From contig CAWGYD010000005.1 in assembly GCA_963826785.1 (NCBI GenBank), positions 1 through 64,000 of the forward strand: a DNA stretch of 64,000 bases, read 5' to 3'. Source of the DNA: an uncultured delta proteobacterium (GTDB lineage Bacteria; Desulfobacterota; Desulfobacteria; Desulfobacterales; Desulfosalsimonadaceae). A model generated the notes under the pieces. It saw nothing but the letters and a program-made list of their open reading frames with translations, was not told the DNA's origin and ran no database searches. Position numbers and translations under genes: made by a program. Shown here one piece after another: positions 49,507 through 60,075 of the stretch (position 1 is its first letter; each line of letters begins with the position of its first letter).

Positions 49507-50637
49507 TCAGGAATTGCCAGCAGATGGCGCCATCATCTCGAGAAAGGACTCCAGCCGGTTTTTCAGCTGGCCTTCGGCCTGCCAGGTTTCATCCACTTCC
49601 AGCAGAAGGCTGGGCCAGCCGCGGCGCTTGAGTTCATCGGACAGGGCGGGAAAATCGGCCAGGTGCGGCGTACAGAATTTTTGAACCACAAAGATGGCGC
49701 TTTTAGCTCCGGATATTTCCATCAGATCCGCAATCATGGCGCCGCGATCCGCCGCACGGCTCCGGGAAGGGCAGGGGAGGCGGTGGATATGCCGGTGAAA
49801 CAGCCGTTTAACAGGATCTTTTTGATTGCCATACTCCGGAAAGTACCTGCGCAGCCCTGTGCAAAGGTCGTCCGCCACGATTCTGGCCCCGCAGGATTCG
49901 ATCAGGGCGAATATGGCATTTTCTTCGACCAGGCTTCCCGACACCAGCACCCGGGGCCGTTTGTCTACCTGCACAAACGTGTTTCTCATGTGTCCGGCCA
50001 GGGACTCGAGTGCTTCCAGATAATCCTCGGGGGACAGCGCATCTTCTGCGCTCACAATGGTGTTGAAATCCGCTGCGGAGAAGGAAAGCTCGTCATGCAT
50101 CCGCATTTCGTAAAACCGCCACAGGATATCATAGGTGCGGCCATACAGGGCAATGGAACGCGCCAGGGCCGAATCGGAATAGGTGCCGCCGCAATTATTC
50201 AGCCTTGTGGCCAATTCCCGGACAGCTGCGGAAAAAAAATTTCCGGCACCCTCCGTCTGGTTATAGGGCAGGGGCAGGGTGTGCACCAGTTCAAGGTCTA
50301 TGGCGTCCTTCCAGATGTTGACCGTGCCGCAGGCCGCATCACAGGTGTATCCCTGAACGAGTCCGGAAAGGTAATCGTATTTTCCATTCAATGCATTTTC
50401 CAGGCCCCGTTTCATGTAAGGGCAGATGAAATCCGGAACGTGGGCATTGGCTTTTTCAACCGGACCGGGACCGCCGTTGATGCGTGCCGGGATAAATCCG
50501 GCCGCATGGATGATTTCCACCGGCGTATAGGAGCAGAAATAGCCGATGATTTTTTTGCCGGAAGCAGCGGCCCGGCGGAAATAATCAGTGCTTCCATCGA
50601 CCGCATCGGCAAACGGCTTGAGCAGGTCGTCTCTCAT
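49507..50637 (-). CDS. 2-hydroxyacyl-CoA dehydratase family subunit
   Basis: GYFCSYTPVEIIHAAG, ICPY, TCD, DDLCTGLR, KFCTPH. Confidence 0.88.
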   Translation of the reverse strand: MRDDLLKPFADAVDGSTDYFRRAAASGKKIIGYFCSYTPVEIIHAAGFIPARINGGPGPVEKANAHVPDFICPYMKRGLENALNGKYDYLSGLVQGYTCDAACGTVNIWKDAIDLELVHTLPLPYNQTEGAGNFFSAAVRELATRLNNCGGTYSDSALARSIALYGRTYDILWRFYEMRMHDELSFSAADFNTIVSAEDALSPEDYLEALESLAGHMRNTFVQVDKRPRVLVSGSLVEENAIFALIESCGARIVADDLCTGLRRYFPEYGNQKDPVKRLFHRHIHRLPCPSRSRAADRGAMIADLMEISGAKSAIFVVQKFCTPHLADFPALSDELKRRGWPSLLLEVDETWQAEGQLKNRLESFLEMMAPSAGNS

Positions 50638-52346
50638 TTGACGGCTTCCGCATTCCTGCTCAGGGTCTCTGCCGAATCCTGATGCAATCTTGCAAGTTCC
50701 TGGTCCCGCAACTTTCTGCGCAGGATTTTGCCCACCGCACTCTTGGGGAGTTCATGGACAAATTCCACCTGCTTCGGCATCTTGTAGGCGGCCAGGCGCT
50801 CCCGGCAGTAGGCCAGGACCGCTTCAGCCGTCAGATTCTCTCCGGGTTTTACCACCACGAAGGATTTGACCGTCTCGCCCCGGTAGGCATCCGGGATGCC
50901 GATGGTGCACGCCTCCAGGATTGCGGGATGGTCGAAGAGCACATTGTCGAGTTCCACGGGATAGATGTTGTAGCCGCCGGCGATGATCATGTCTTTTTTC
51001 CGGTCCACGATGGAAAGATACCCGTCTTCGTCGAACCGTCCGATATCGCCGGAGTAGAACCACCCGTCCACCAGCACTTTATCCGTCTCTTCCGGCTTCT
51101 TGTAATAGCCCTTCATCACCTGGGGGCCTTTGATGAGGATTTCGCCGGCCTCGCCGGTGGGCATCTCCTTCTCGCCGGTTTCAATGTCCATGATTTTGAT
51201 ATCCGTGTCCGGCACCGGGCAGCCCACCGTTCCCGGTTTGATGACCCCGCCCCAGGGGGTGACCGTGACGACGGGTGAATTTTCGGTGGAGCCGTACACC
51301 TCGCACATGTCCGCGCCGGTTAAGGTTTTGAGCTCCCGGATGGTATCGGCCGCCAGGGGCGCGGCGCCGGAGAAGAAGCCCTTGATAGAGGCCATGTTCA
51401 GCTTTCTGAATTCGGGATCATTTAAGAGCCCCACGAAAATGGTCGGCACGCCGGGCAGGAAAGTGGGCTTGTATTTTTTGATGATCTCGATGTTGATCTT
51501 GGGTTCCGGCCGGGGCACCAGGATGATCTGGTACGCCTGCCAGATGGCAAAGTTCTGGATGGCGGTAAACCCGGCGGAATGGAAAAAAGGAAAATTGCCC
51601 ACCATGATTTCCCCTGCGGGCGCAAGGTCCGGGAACCAGGCGGCAAACTGCTGGACATTGCAGCTCATGTTGGCGTGGGTCAGCATCACCCCCTTGCTCA
51701 CCCCGGTGGTGCCGCCGGTGTAGAGCAGGGCGCCGATTCCTTCCCACTCGCTTCGGTCTTCCACCGGGTCTGTCGGGTATTTTCCAATCAGGTCCGTGAA
51801 CTCCAGCAGGTTTTCATCCGGCGTAATTTTGCGCACCATATCCTTTTTGACCAGCGGGAACAGCTGTTTCTTGGGGAAGGGAAGATAGGAATGGATATGG
51901 CAGGCGATGATCTTTTCAATTTTCGTCTGGTCCATGATTTTTAGGATCCGCGGCACCAACAGGGACAGGGTGATGATGGCCACGGCATCCGAATCATCGA
52001 GTTGATAGGAAAGCTCCCGCTCGGTATAGAGGGGGTTGGTCTGGACGGTTGCCGCACCGATTCTGAAGACCGCGTAATTGGCGATCACCGCCTGGGGAAT
52101 ATTGGGAAGGCATACCGCCACCTTGTCTCCGGCCTTGACACCCAAATCCAAAAGGGCCCGGGAAAACGCATTGACCATTTTCTCCAGTCGTTCATAGGCG
52201 AAAATTTTTCCCATGTAATTGAGAACGGGATGGTCGGGAAAATTTTTTGCGGACCGGGAAAGGGCGGCTGAAACCGTGGTGCGGTCATAATTCAGGCTCG
52301 GTTTTACGCCCGGTGCATAGGATGGGTGCCAGAGTCTGCTGTCCAT
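50634..52346 (-). CDS. Long-chain fatty acid--CoA ligase
   Basis: YTGGTTGVSKG, YGSTE, SGDIG, DRKKDMII, LPKSAVGK. Confidence 0.92.
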   Translation of the reverse strand: MDSRLWHPSYAPGVKPSLNYDRTTVSAALSRSAKNFPDHPVLNYMGKIFAYERLEKMVNAFSRALLDLGVKAGDKVAVCLPNIPQAVIANYAVFRIGAATVQTNPLYTERELSYQLDDSDAVAIITLSLLVPRILKIMDQTKIEKIIACHIHSYLPFPKKQLFPLVKKDMVRKITPDENLLEFTDLIGKYPTDPVEDRSEWEGIGALLYTGGTTGVSKGVMLTHANMSCNVQQFAAWFPDLAPAGEIMVGNFPFFHSAGFTAIQNFAIWQAYQIILVPRPEPKINIEIIKKYKPTFLPGVPTIFVGLLNDPEFRKLNMASIKGFFSGAAPLAADTIRELKTLTGADMCEVYGSTENSPVVTVTPWGGVIKPGTVGCPVPDTDIKIMDIETGEKEMPTGEAGEILIKGPQVMKGYYKKPEETDKVLVDGWFYSGDIGRFDEDGYLSIVDRKKDMIIAGGYNIYPVELDNVLFDHPAILEACTIGIPDAYRGETVKSFVVVKPGENLTAEAVLAYCRERLAAYKMPKQVEFVHELPKSAVGKILRRKLRDQELARLHQDSAETLSRNAEAVK

Positions 52347-52371
52347 GGCCAATCTCCTTGTGAAGAAGGGT

Positions 52372-53298
52372 TTACTGCAGGTGGGATGCCAGGAACCGGG
52401 CCTGTTCAAAAACGGCTCTTTCGAAATCAGGCCCGGTATAGATGTCGAAGTGTCCGATCGGATATTGAATGAATTCGCAGTCCGGAATTTTATTGGCTGT
52501 TTTTTCGACCATTTTCGCGTCGATCAGTGAATCGTATTTCGCCGACATGAGCATGGCCGGGCAGGTGATCTTTGGCGCAGAAGCAATGGGGCGGTATGAT
52601 GCAAATTTCAGCAGGATGCGGGCGGGGCACTTGTTTTCCCACCCGGTGTTATCGGGTTTGATGGCCATCAGCCCGTCATAGGCATCGGGCGTATTCATGA
52701 TGGCAAACTCATCGGGATGTCCGACGATTTTGACATAATGGGGCGCCCGGAAGGTGGCCATCCGGGCCAGATCGCGCAGCCCATGGGGCAGTGCCTGCAA
52801 GAGGAACGCCGGCCCCAGTTTCAGGGTGGTGGAGATGGCATCCACAAACGGGACCTGGGCGACGATGGCACAAAGCCCTTTTTCTCTTGCGGCGGTGACC
52901 ATCACGTGCCCGCCGGAAAAGGAGCTTCCCCACAGGGCAATCCGCGTGGCGTCGATTTGCGTCAGGGCGCGGACATGGGAGAGCGCGGCCGTCCAGTCCT
53001 GGAGGTGCCGGGCCGGGTCCACCAGGTTCCGGGGTTCGCCGTCGCTGTCGCCGAAGGTGCGGTAATCGAACACATACACCGCCATGCCCCGGGCGGCGAA
53101 ATGCTCGGCATAGGGGGCCAGTCCGAACGATTTTTCCGCCCCGAAACCGTGGGCCATGATGATCACGGGCGGCTTTTGGACGCCGTCTGGCAGATAGAGA
53201 TCGCCGCCGCAGCGGATCTTATGGCTGATGAAATCGGATGACGTTTTTACGTAAGGGTAATCTGGAGATGAATTCATGGCAATTAACTCCACCGGCAT
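52372..53298 (-). CDS. Alpha/beta hydrolase
   Basis: MAHGFG, FDYRTFGDSDGEPR, WGSSFSGGH nucleophile elbow, GHFDIY. Confidence 0.9.
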   Translation of the reverse strand: MPVELIAMNSSPDYPYVKTSSDFISHKIRCGGDLYLPDGVQKPPVIIMAHGFGAEKSFGLAPYAEHFAARGMAVYVFDYRTFGDSDGEPRNLVDPARHLQDWTAALSHVRALTQIDATRIALWGSSFSGGHVMVTAAREKGLCAIVAQVPFVDAISTTLKLGPAFLLQALPHGLRDLARMATFRAPHYVKIVGHPDEFAIMNTPDAYDGLMAIKPDNTGWENKCPARILLKFASYRPIASAPKITCPAMLMSAKYDSLIDAKMVEKTANKIPDCEFIQYPIGHFDIYTGPDFERAVFEQARFLASHLQ

Positions 53299-53369
53299 GC
53301 CTCCTTCAGTACCAGGCCTGAAAGAGATGGGGATCGGGATATCGGCAACTATATGGCGATCATGCCCGA

Positions 53370-56300
53370 TCAGTTCACGGCAACGATGGTTTCCGCGATT
53401 TTTTCGGCGGAAAGCCCGAACAGGTCACGCATGTTCACCCGTTCAAGAAGATTGTCATTCCAGGTGATATTGGTTTCCTGCACCAGGTTCTTAATGTGTT
53501 CATGTTTGCCGCCCAACGCCTTGACCTTGGCCTCCAGCGAAACGGCTTCATTGAATGCGATATCTAAAAGCAGCAGGTGTTCAATCGTGTTGGGCCGGTC
53601 CGGGTCATCCGAGATCAGGGGAATGACCAGGATGCTGCGGTCGTCCTTACGTCCCTTGCCGATATACACGTTTCCGCGCCGGACGATGATCTTCTTGGTC
53701 CCTTTCAGCGTCCTGTCCTGTTCCGCCCGCGACGACATGGCGGCAGATGTGCCGGTTTTCCGGACGACTTCGATCACCGTATCATCGGTGGGCTCCCCCA
53801 GCAGGTTGATGCCGGCGATATGATACAGGGTGGCCCCCTTCAGGTCTGCGATGATCCGCTGCAGGTTCTTCAATACCATGATGTTGCTGATGGTGAGCTG
53901 GTCGATGTGAAATCCGTATTCGGCCACCGCGTCGAAAAGCGGACCTTCGATCTTCTCTTCGATGCGGCTGGTCCCCACGGTCACCGTCTTGGCCTGGTGC
54001 TTGATGGCATCCACCGGCCGGGCCAGGCAGTTGATGGCCTCCCCCAGCGCCTCGAAAAATCGGGTGAACATGTTGGTGGCGGTCCCCTTGATGCCGAAAT
54101 CAAGTTCAAAATCGGCTACGGGCAGGCGGCCGGCCAGGTACTTCAGCAGCAGGATCAGGTGGGTGGCCCCCCGGATGCCGATGGTGGCGGACAATCGGTT
54201 TTCATCCTGCTGCTGCCTGAGTTCCCGGTAGAATCGGATGATCTTTTCCCGGAAAGACTCCTCCAGTGCAATTTCGAAAATATCCATGTTCTTCTCGGTA
54301 TTTTCCTGGATCAGCTGGTTGATGTCCGTACGGAAATCATAGAGGAAGCGGGAGCCCTCGTTGATGGCCAGCGCCGCATAATATCCCCACAGATGCCCCA
54401 CCAGGGTATTTAAAATCGGGGCGAAATGTTCGCTCACCGCCGGCACGTGAATGACATCGGCCGCATAAGGGGCAAACCGGTGCTCGTGCTCGTCGGCGAT
54501 GACGATGGGCAGGGCTTTGTGGGACTTGAATATGGCGGTGTCCTTGATGATATCACCGATCACGCTGCGCCGGGTGCCCGCTGCGCAGACAAAGATCAGG
54601 GGTTCCGAGGAGAGATCGATGTGTTTTTTGTCCTCCACGTAATCGGAAGAAATGGTCTTGTAGCACAGTTCGCTCAGCTTGATGCGGATTTCGTCTGCCG
54701 CCGCCTTGTTGGGACCGGACCCCACCGCCGCCCAGTACGTCCTGGCGACCGCGTGGCGGAAGGCGGATTCTTTGATCTGGCGCTTGCCGGCCAGCACGGT
54801 TTCCATATGGCCGGGCAGTTCGATCATGGTTTTGATCTCGTTTGAGATAAACCCCTGGTTTCTTCGGCCGGTCAGCTGTGCAAAAAAAAGCCCGAGCACC
54901 GCACCTGCGATAATCTGGGAATAAAACGCCTTGGTGGAGGCCACCGACATTTCGATATCCCGGCCGCTGCTGGTGTAGATGACGCCGTCCACCTTGAAGG
55001 TCAGATCCGAGTCCCGCCGGTTGACGATGGCAATTGAAAATGCGCCCCGCTTTTTGACCATGTCCACGGTCTTGTTGGTGTCGGTGGTGGTCCCCGACTG
55101 GCTGATGGGGATTAAAAGCGTGTCCGACATGTCCCCGGTTCCGTTTGGGTCCATCACGAATCCGCTCAACTCCGACGATTTCAACGACTGGATCACGACG
55201 GCCGGATCATTCAGATAATAACGCATAATGTCGCCACATGCCTGTGCCGCCACGCCGGCGGTTCCCTGGCCGATCAGCAGGATGCGCCGTATTTTGCCTG
55301 CGCAGAATGTTTCCCGGATCTTTTCCGGCACCATCTTGTCATCTAAGGTCACCGCATAGCGAAGCTCTCCGTCTTCGATGATTTTCCACCGGTTCTGAAG
55401 GGTCTTTGAAACCGATGCGGGCGATTCCGAAATTTCTTTTAAGAAATAATGATCAAAATTCTGGCGGTCGATATCCCGGGCGGTCAGCGGTGTTTCGCGG
55501 AGATCATCCCTGCTCAGGGGAAGCGGCGTGCCGTTGTACCAGGCGGCACGGATCCCTTCCAGAGATCCGCTGCAATTCTGATCGATCACAAAAATCTGGC
55601 CCCGCACGGCATTTCCGGCAGCATCCGTGTGGATTTTTTCTCCGTCCATTTTAATATATTGCGACGTCTCCTCCACCAGTCCGTACAATTCCGAGGTGGG
55701 GATGTAATGGTCTTTTGCCAGGCCCACAAAAATGGCCTGGCCGCTTCCTTTCAGGGCCAGGAAAAGTTTTCCCGGGGCAAGGTCCGTGTGCATGGAAATC
55801 GCGTGGGACCCGTCAAAATCATTCACTGCCAGCCGGAACGCTTCTTCGATGGGGTGACCCTGCTTGACATAATGTTGAATATGGACGGGAATGATTTTGG
55901 TATCCCCGGTGATTTCATCGGGGAAAACGAGGCCGTTTTGCCTGTATTTTTCTTTCAGGGACTGGAAATTGTCGATATCCCCGTTCAGGCAGACGTGAAT
56001 CGTGGCGTCTGCATCTGATGATACGGATGTGATATTGTCCAGGGGGTGGCAGTTGGCTTCGTTGATATCCCCCACCGATGCCCATCGGGTATGCGCGCAA
56101 ACCGTGTGATACTGGTGGGGCAGGCTGATGAGGAGTTGAAGGATCCGGTCCTGTCGGATCTGCTCCCGCAGGAAGGCGACGTTGTCGCCCAGCCGTCCGA
56201 TTTCAGCGGCGATTTTATAGGTCAGGGCGATGGACACCCGGCAGGCCGTGCCGTCCGCCTGCATTTTTCGATACCGGATGCTGAGGTTGGAAAGAATCTG

Positions 56301-57101
56301 ATGACCGCACCTGTCGAAAAAGGCAGCCTCAAGCCCGGATGCGCCAAGCGCCCGATAAAAGTCCGCATCTGCGGCATCATCTATGATAAACAGGAGGGAA
56401 ATGCCCGCGGAATCGCGGCCGCGGACTTCGAGCCGATCGATGCTGTTGAATACGGCATTTAGATTTTTCAGGCAGACGGCGGCCTGATGATGTAAAACCG
56501 GCTCCGGGACGCTGGACAGCGCCCGGATCTTTTCCATATTCCCGAGCAGTTCCGATAAAAGCGCCCACCGGATGTCTTTTAACGTCTCCAGGCGGCGGCT
56601 GATGGTATCCACATCGGCTGCGGCAAGCCGGCCCATGTGGACCTGCAGCAGGCTTGTCTCTTTTAAGATGACATCCTGGATGGTTTTCTCCAGGCGTTTG
56701 ATCCGCTCCTGCGCCTCAAAATCATTGATCAACTCTAAAAAAGGCTTTTTGCCCTTGAGTGCCAGGACCGCGCCGGAAACTCCGGCAATCGCGTCATTGC
56801 CGCCGAGATAATGGGTGTGGGCCGGATGGCTGTTACGGGCGCAGAATTCATACCCCATGGAAAGCAGATTTTCAATCCGGCTTTCGATTCCGGACAGGTC
56901 CGGGGTATGTCGCTCATCTTCACCCTTTTTATAATAAACAATGCCGGTAAAGCCGCAGTTGAGGATGGCCGACCCCAGGAATGGGAAAAAGATCAGCGTC
57001 TGCGGACCTGTGCTTGAAGGATGTTTTCCGAAGCAGACCCGGGTTTGCACCCATATATGCCGCAAACATTTAAGATATTTGCGTATGGATCGTTCGTGCA
57101 T
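53370..57101 (-). CDS. Very large GlmS-like protein (class II glutamine amidotransferase plus two SIS domains and extensions)
   Basis: CGFTGIV, LEVRGRDSAG, HTRWASVG, NCHP, ISQSGTTTDT, VASTKAF, AKTVTVG; start uncertain (57134, 57128 or 57101). Confidence 0.85.
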   Translation of the reverse strand: MHERSIRKYLKCLRHIWVQTRVCFGKHPSSTGPQTLIFFPFLGSAILNCGFTGIVYYKKGEDERHTPDLSGIESRIENLLSMGYEFCARNSHPAHTHYLGGNDAIAGVSGAVLALKGKKPFLELINDFEAQERIKRLEKTIQDVILKETSLLQVHMGRLAAADVDTISRRLETLKDIRWALLSELLGNMEKIRALSSVPEPVLHHQAAVCLKNLNAVFNSIDRLEVRGRDSAGISLLFIIDDAADADFYRALGASGLEAAFFDRCGHQILSNLSIRYRKMQADGTACRVSIALTYKIAAEIGRLGDNVAFLREQIRQDRILQLLISLPHQYHTVCAHTRWASVGDINEANCHPLDNITSVSSDADATIHVCLNGDIDNFQSLKEKYRQNGLVFPDEITGDTKIIPVHIQHYVKQGHPIEEAFRLAVNDFDGSHAISMHTDLAPGKLFLALKGSGQAIFVGLAKDHYIPTSELYGLVEETSQYIKMDGEKIHTDAAGNAVRGQIFVIDQNCSGSLEGIRAAWYNGTPLPLSRDDLRETPLTARDIDRQNFDHYFLKEISESPASVSKTLQNRWKIIEDGELRYAVTLDDKMVPEKIRETFCAGKIRRILLIGQGTAGVAAQACGDIMRYYLNDPAVVIQSLKSSELSGFVMDPNGTGDMSDTLLIPISQSGTTTDTNKTVDMVKKRGAFSIAIVNRRDSDLTFKVDGVIYTSSGRDIEMSVASTKAFYSQIIAGAVLGLFFAQLTGRRNQGFISNEIKTMIELPGHMETVLAGKRQIKESAFRHAVARTYWAAVGSGPNKAAADEIRIKLSELCYKTISSDYVEDKKHIDLSSEPLIFVCAAGTRRSVIGDIIKDTAIFKSHKALPIVIADEHEHRFAPYAADVIHVPAVSEHFAPILNTLVGHLWGYYAALAINEGSRFLYDFRTDINQLIQENTEKNMDIFEIALEESFREKIIRFYRELRQQQDENRLSATIGIRGATHLILLLKYLAGRLPVADFELDFGIKGTATNMFTRFFEALGEAINCLARPVDAIKHQAKTVTVGTSRIEEKIEGPLFDAVAEYGFHIDQLTISNIMVLKNLQRIIADLKGATLYHIAGINLLGEPTDDTVIEVVRKTGTSAAMSSRAEQDRTLKGTKKIIVRRGNVYIGKGRKDDRSILVIPLISDDPDRPNTIEHLLLLDIAFNEAVSLEAKVKALGGKHEHIKNLVQETNITWNDNLLERVNMRDLFGLSAEKIAETIVAVN

Positions 57102-57108
57102 CTGTTTT

Positions 57109-58464
57109 TCAGGTCTGTGGTGTTTCATCGTCATTGGTTTTAAAATACCTTTCGATTACCATCCGTGCGTATTGGGCGGACCGGGTGCCGATGTAGTCCT
57201 GATGCACCACCAGTGTGCAGAGCGCGATTTTGCGGACTCCGTTTTTGTCTTCGGCAAACCCCGCAAACCAGTCATATTTAAGATGGCGCATGTTGTTGTT
57301 GATGGAGCCGGTCTTCCCCCCGATAATGAGTTTGGACCAGATTTTATCAGACTTCAAGGGCTTGAACGACCGGGCGGCGGTCCCGGAAATCACCGTGGCC
57401 TGAAGCAGTTCCTTCAATGTGGCGGCGGTGCAGTTCTCCACCGCCTGAAAACAGAATTCCGGCTGCTGTTCATACAGCATCCGGCCGCCGGCAGTGGTGA
57501 CCCGGTCGATAACCGTGGGTGCGACGAATGCCCCCTCGTTTAATATGGCGGAAATGATCAGTGCGCCGTGAAGCGGGGAGATCCGGGTCCGGTGATTGAA
57601 CCCGCTGGCCACCTCGGCCCAGTTGTATGGATTTTCATCGACGGCCATCTGGCTGGCCGCCATGGGGATTTCGAAGTCGAACTCCCGGTTGAATCCGAAA
57701 GCGGCCGCATAGGTTTCAAGGGTGGATTTACCCAATACATGATAGCCGATTTTTCCAAAGACCGGGTTGACCGAATCGGCAAATGATTCTTCAAATGTCA
57801 TGGTGGAGGTATATTTGTTGATCTGATCCGACAGCTGACGTTTATAAAGCGTGTACTTGTTGCCGTTGAATTCAACCGGCGTGTTGCAATTGTAGCTGTT
57901 TTTTTCCACGGCGGCCGCCGCGGTCACGATCTTGAACAGGCTGGCGGCCGGAAAATCAGCAATTGAACAGGTGTTTTGACAAGCCCCGCTCCGGTCGAAG
58001 CTGACCATGCAGATGAGCCTGCCGGTGTCCGGTTCCATGGCCACCAGCCCAAAGTACAGGCTGTTTTTTTGATCAACGTGATCGGTTACATATTGCTGCA
58101 GGTCGGGATCGATGCTCCATTCGATGGTATAGGTTTTCCCGCCGGTATTCAACATTGTTTCAGCGGAATCAATCCGGTCGGGGGGCATCCATCGGAGAAT
58201 GCGCTGCCGGGCACGCTTGTCAACGGCTTTGATTTTATCGGGAAAGATTAGAGAGTACTGTTTGAACGGCACTTCGAGGCTCCGGTCCAGCAGCCGGAAT
58301 ACGGAATGGATCGCCAGCAGCAGGATCGCCAGGAGCAGAATGTAGCCGGGTAGCCGTCTTACGGCCCTGTAGGCATCGTCCTTTTTCTGCAGCCGGGACT
58401 GGTAGGTCTTCCATTTTTTGGCGGCACTTTTCCTGCCCTGTTGAAAAACCGGCCGTTTACCCAT
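57109..58464 (-). CDS. Penicillin-binding protein, transpeptidase domain
   Basis: N-terminal TM; SLFK (SxxK), SVN (SxN) and KTG motifs. Confidence 0.88.
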   Translation of the reverse strand: MGKRPVFQQGRKSAAKKWKTYQSRLQKKDDAYRAVRRLPGYILLLAILLLAIHSVFRLLDRSLEVPFKQYSLIFPDKIKAVDKRARQRILRWMPPDRIDSAETMLNTGGKTYTIEWSIDPDLQQYVTDHVDQKNSLYFGLVAMEPDTGRLICMVSFDRSGACQNTCSIADFPAASLFKIVTAAAAVEKNSYNCNTPVEFNGNKYTLYKRQLSDQINKYTSTMTFEESFADSVNPVFGKIGYHVLGKSTLETYAAAFGFNREFDFEIPMAASQMAVDENPYNWAEVASGFNHRTRISPLHGALIISAILNEGAFVAPTVIDRVTTAGGRMLYEQQPEFCFQAVENCTAATLKELLQATVISGTAARSFKPLKSDKIWSKLIIGGKTGSINNNMRHLKYDWFAGFAEDKNGVRKIALCTLVVHQDYIGTRSAQYARMVIERYFKTNDDETPQT

Positions 58465-58650
58465 TTATGAATATTTACGGTCCATCAATATTAATCCAAT
58501 ATACTTAACTTCAGCCCATAACGGTGTCAAACCGTTTTTCAGCGGAAACGGATGGGACAGTGAATCCCCGAAACCGTATCGTGAGAGAGTGAGCAGATAA
58601 AATCGTGGGTTGTCTCTTTATTCCGGTTTTTTAACGAAGAAGTGATGATG

Positions 58651-59508
58651 TTATTCAAGATCAGAAAGAAGGTTTTTTGCCTGATCCTGCCAGTATTTAT
58701 TCTTCGAAATTTTTGGCACTTCCTCTAAAAGTGCTTTTGCCTCATCTCTGGTCTTGCTGTCCTCCATCAGCAGTTCGGCATAGTATACATTAAATTGTAC
58801 CGTATACGGGCGCCCGAAAAATTTTGTTTTATGAAATTCACGATAATACTTCATTGCCAGTTTTTTATCTTTTAAAGGCCACGGGAGAACCGCCCAGAAC
58901 CTTCCCAGCGCTGCGATGGGGCCGCCATGCTCGTAATATTTGTCATATTGGTAAGATGTTTCAAAACTTTGCTGGACCTTACCCTTTAACCCCTCCAAAA
59001 TTGCGGTCAGCATGCTCACCGAGTCTGTATAAATGCCGGCATTCATACCATACCAGAAATGTCCCTCAACTTTTTCCGGATTCAATGCAATGGCCTTTTC
59101 AGCGTATGTCATCCCCATTTTTCCGTATAGCCGGCAGGTGTCTTTCCAGTCGGGAAGATACAACTCCTTCGTGTACATTCCATAAAACCAGCAAGTCTTC
59201 GCAGCCATCCAGTTTGCCTCGAAACTGTCGGGGTCTTTTTTCAAGCCTTCCAGGCAATAATCAAGCGCCTTTTTGGAGTTTTTCAATCCCTCCTTTTCCA
59301 TGAGCTCCTGCTCCTGGATTATTTCCATGAGTTTTTGCGCCTTGATCAAAACATCAGGCGTTTCATGAGACGCTGAGTCGGTGGTGACTGGCTGCATGGC
59401 TTGATTTTTGGGATCAGACTGTGGCAAAATATCCTCGGCCCATATGCCTGGGCAATTGAGCAAGACGCACAGTAAAACAAAGTAAAAACATATATCAAGT
59501 GCTTTCAT
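58651..59508 (-). CDS. Secreted TPR-like protein (paralog of 22758-23585)
   Basis: Signal peptide; AEKAIALNPEKVEGHFWYGMN; GGPIAALGRFW; YYREF..KF.G. Confidence 0.8.
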   Translation of the reverse strand: MKALDICFYFVLLCVLLNCPGIWAEDILPQSDPKNQAMQPVTTDSASHETPDVLIKAQKLMEIIQEQELMEKEGLKNSKKALDYCLEGLKKDPDSFEANWMAAKTCWFYGMYTKELYLPDWKDTCRLYGKMGMTYAEKAIALNPEKVEGHFWYGMNAGIYTDSVSMLTAILEGLKGKVQQSFETSYQYDKYYEHGGPIAALGRFWAVLPWPLKDKKLAMKYYREFHKTKFFGRPYTVQFNVYYAELLMEDSKTRDEAKALLEEVPKISKNKYWQDQAKNLLSDLE

Positions 59509-59797
59509 TATTTATCAGCTGGACCTTTTTTCGGTTATGTGGGTGATGGCTTTTTTCGCTTGTGTTTATCCGTAAATGAGATATTTTGCTCAAGTTGTGG
59601 ATGGACACTGACTTGATATTCATGCCAGCTTTCAAAAGTCCTGTCAATTAAACCTTCTCATTTACTATAAAATATATGGTTATTGATAAATCAACAATGT
59701 TTTAAAATTCAGAAAATACTAGTTTTCAACTAGCATTAACCTGCCATAATTTCAGTTATTCATATTTATTAAGAATTGATAATTACAAAATGAATTA

Positions 59798-60049
59798 TTG
59801 ATGAACCCGCAAAAAGTCGGATTTTACGGTTTCGTCATTCCGGCGGAGGCCGGAATCTACTACAAACTAAGTTGGTTATAGACTCCGGTTTTCACCGGAG
59901 TGACGAACTTCGGACTTTTTACGGGGTCATCAATTATTGGTTCAGCAATAAACCGTGTTCATCACTACATATCTACTACAAACTAAGTTGGTTATAGACT
60001 CCGGTTTTCACCGGAGTGACGAACTTTGGACTTTTTACGGGTTCATCAA
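59798..60049. mobile_element. Family-B MITE: full copy 59798-59933 plus a partial copy ~59972-60049
   Basis: TTGATGAACCCGCAAAAAGTC / GACTTTTTACGGGGTCATCAA ends; AATTATT repeated across both junctions. Confidence 0.85.
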
Positions 60050-60075
60050 ACTTAAACACATCAGGAAAGCAGATC

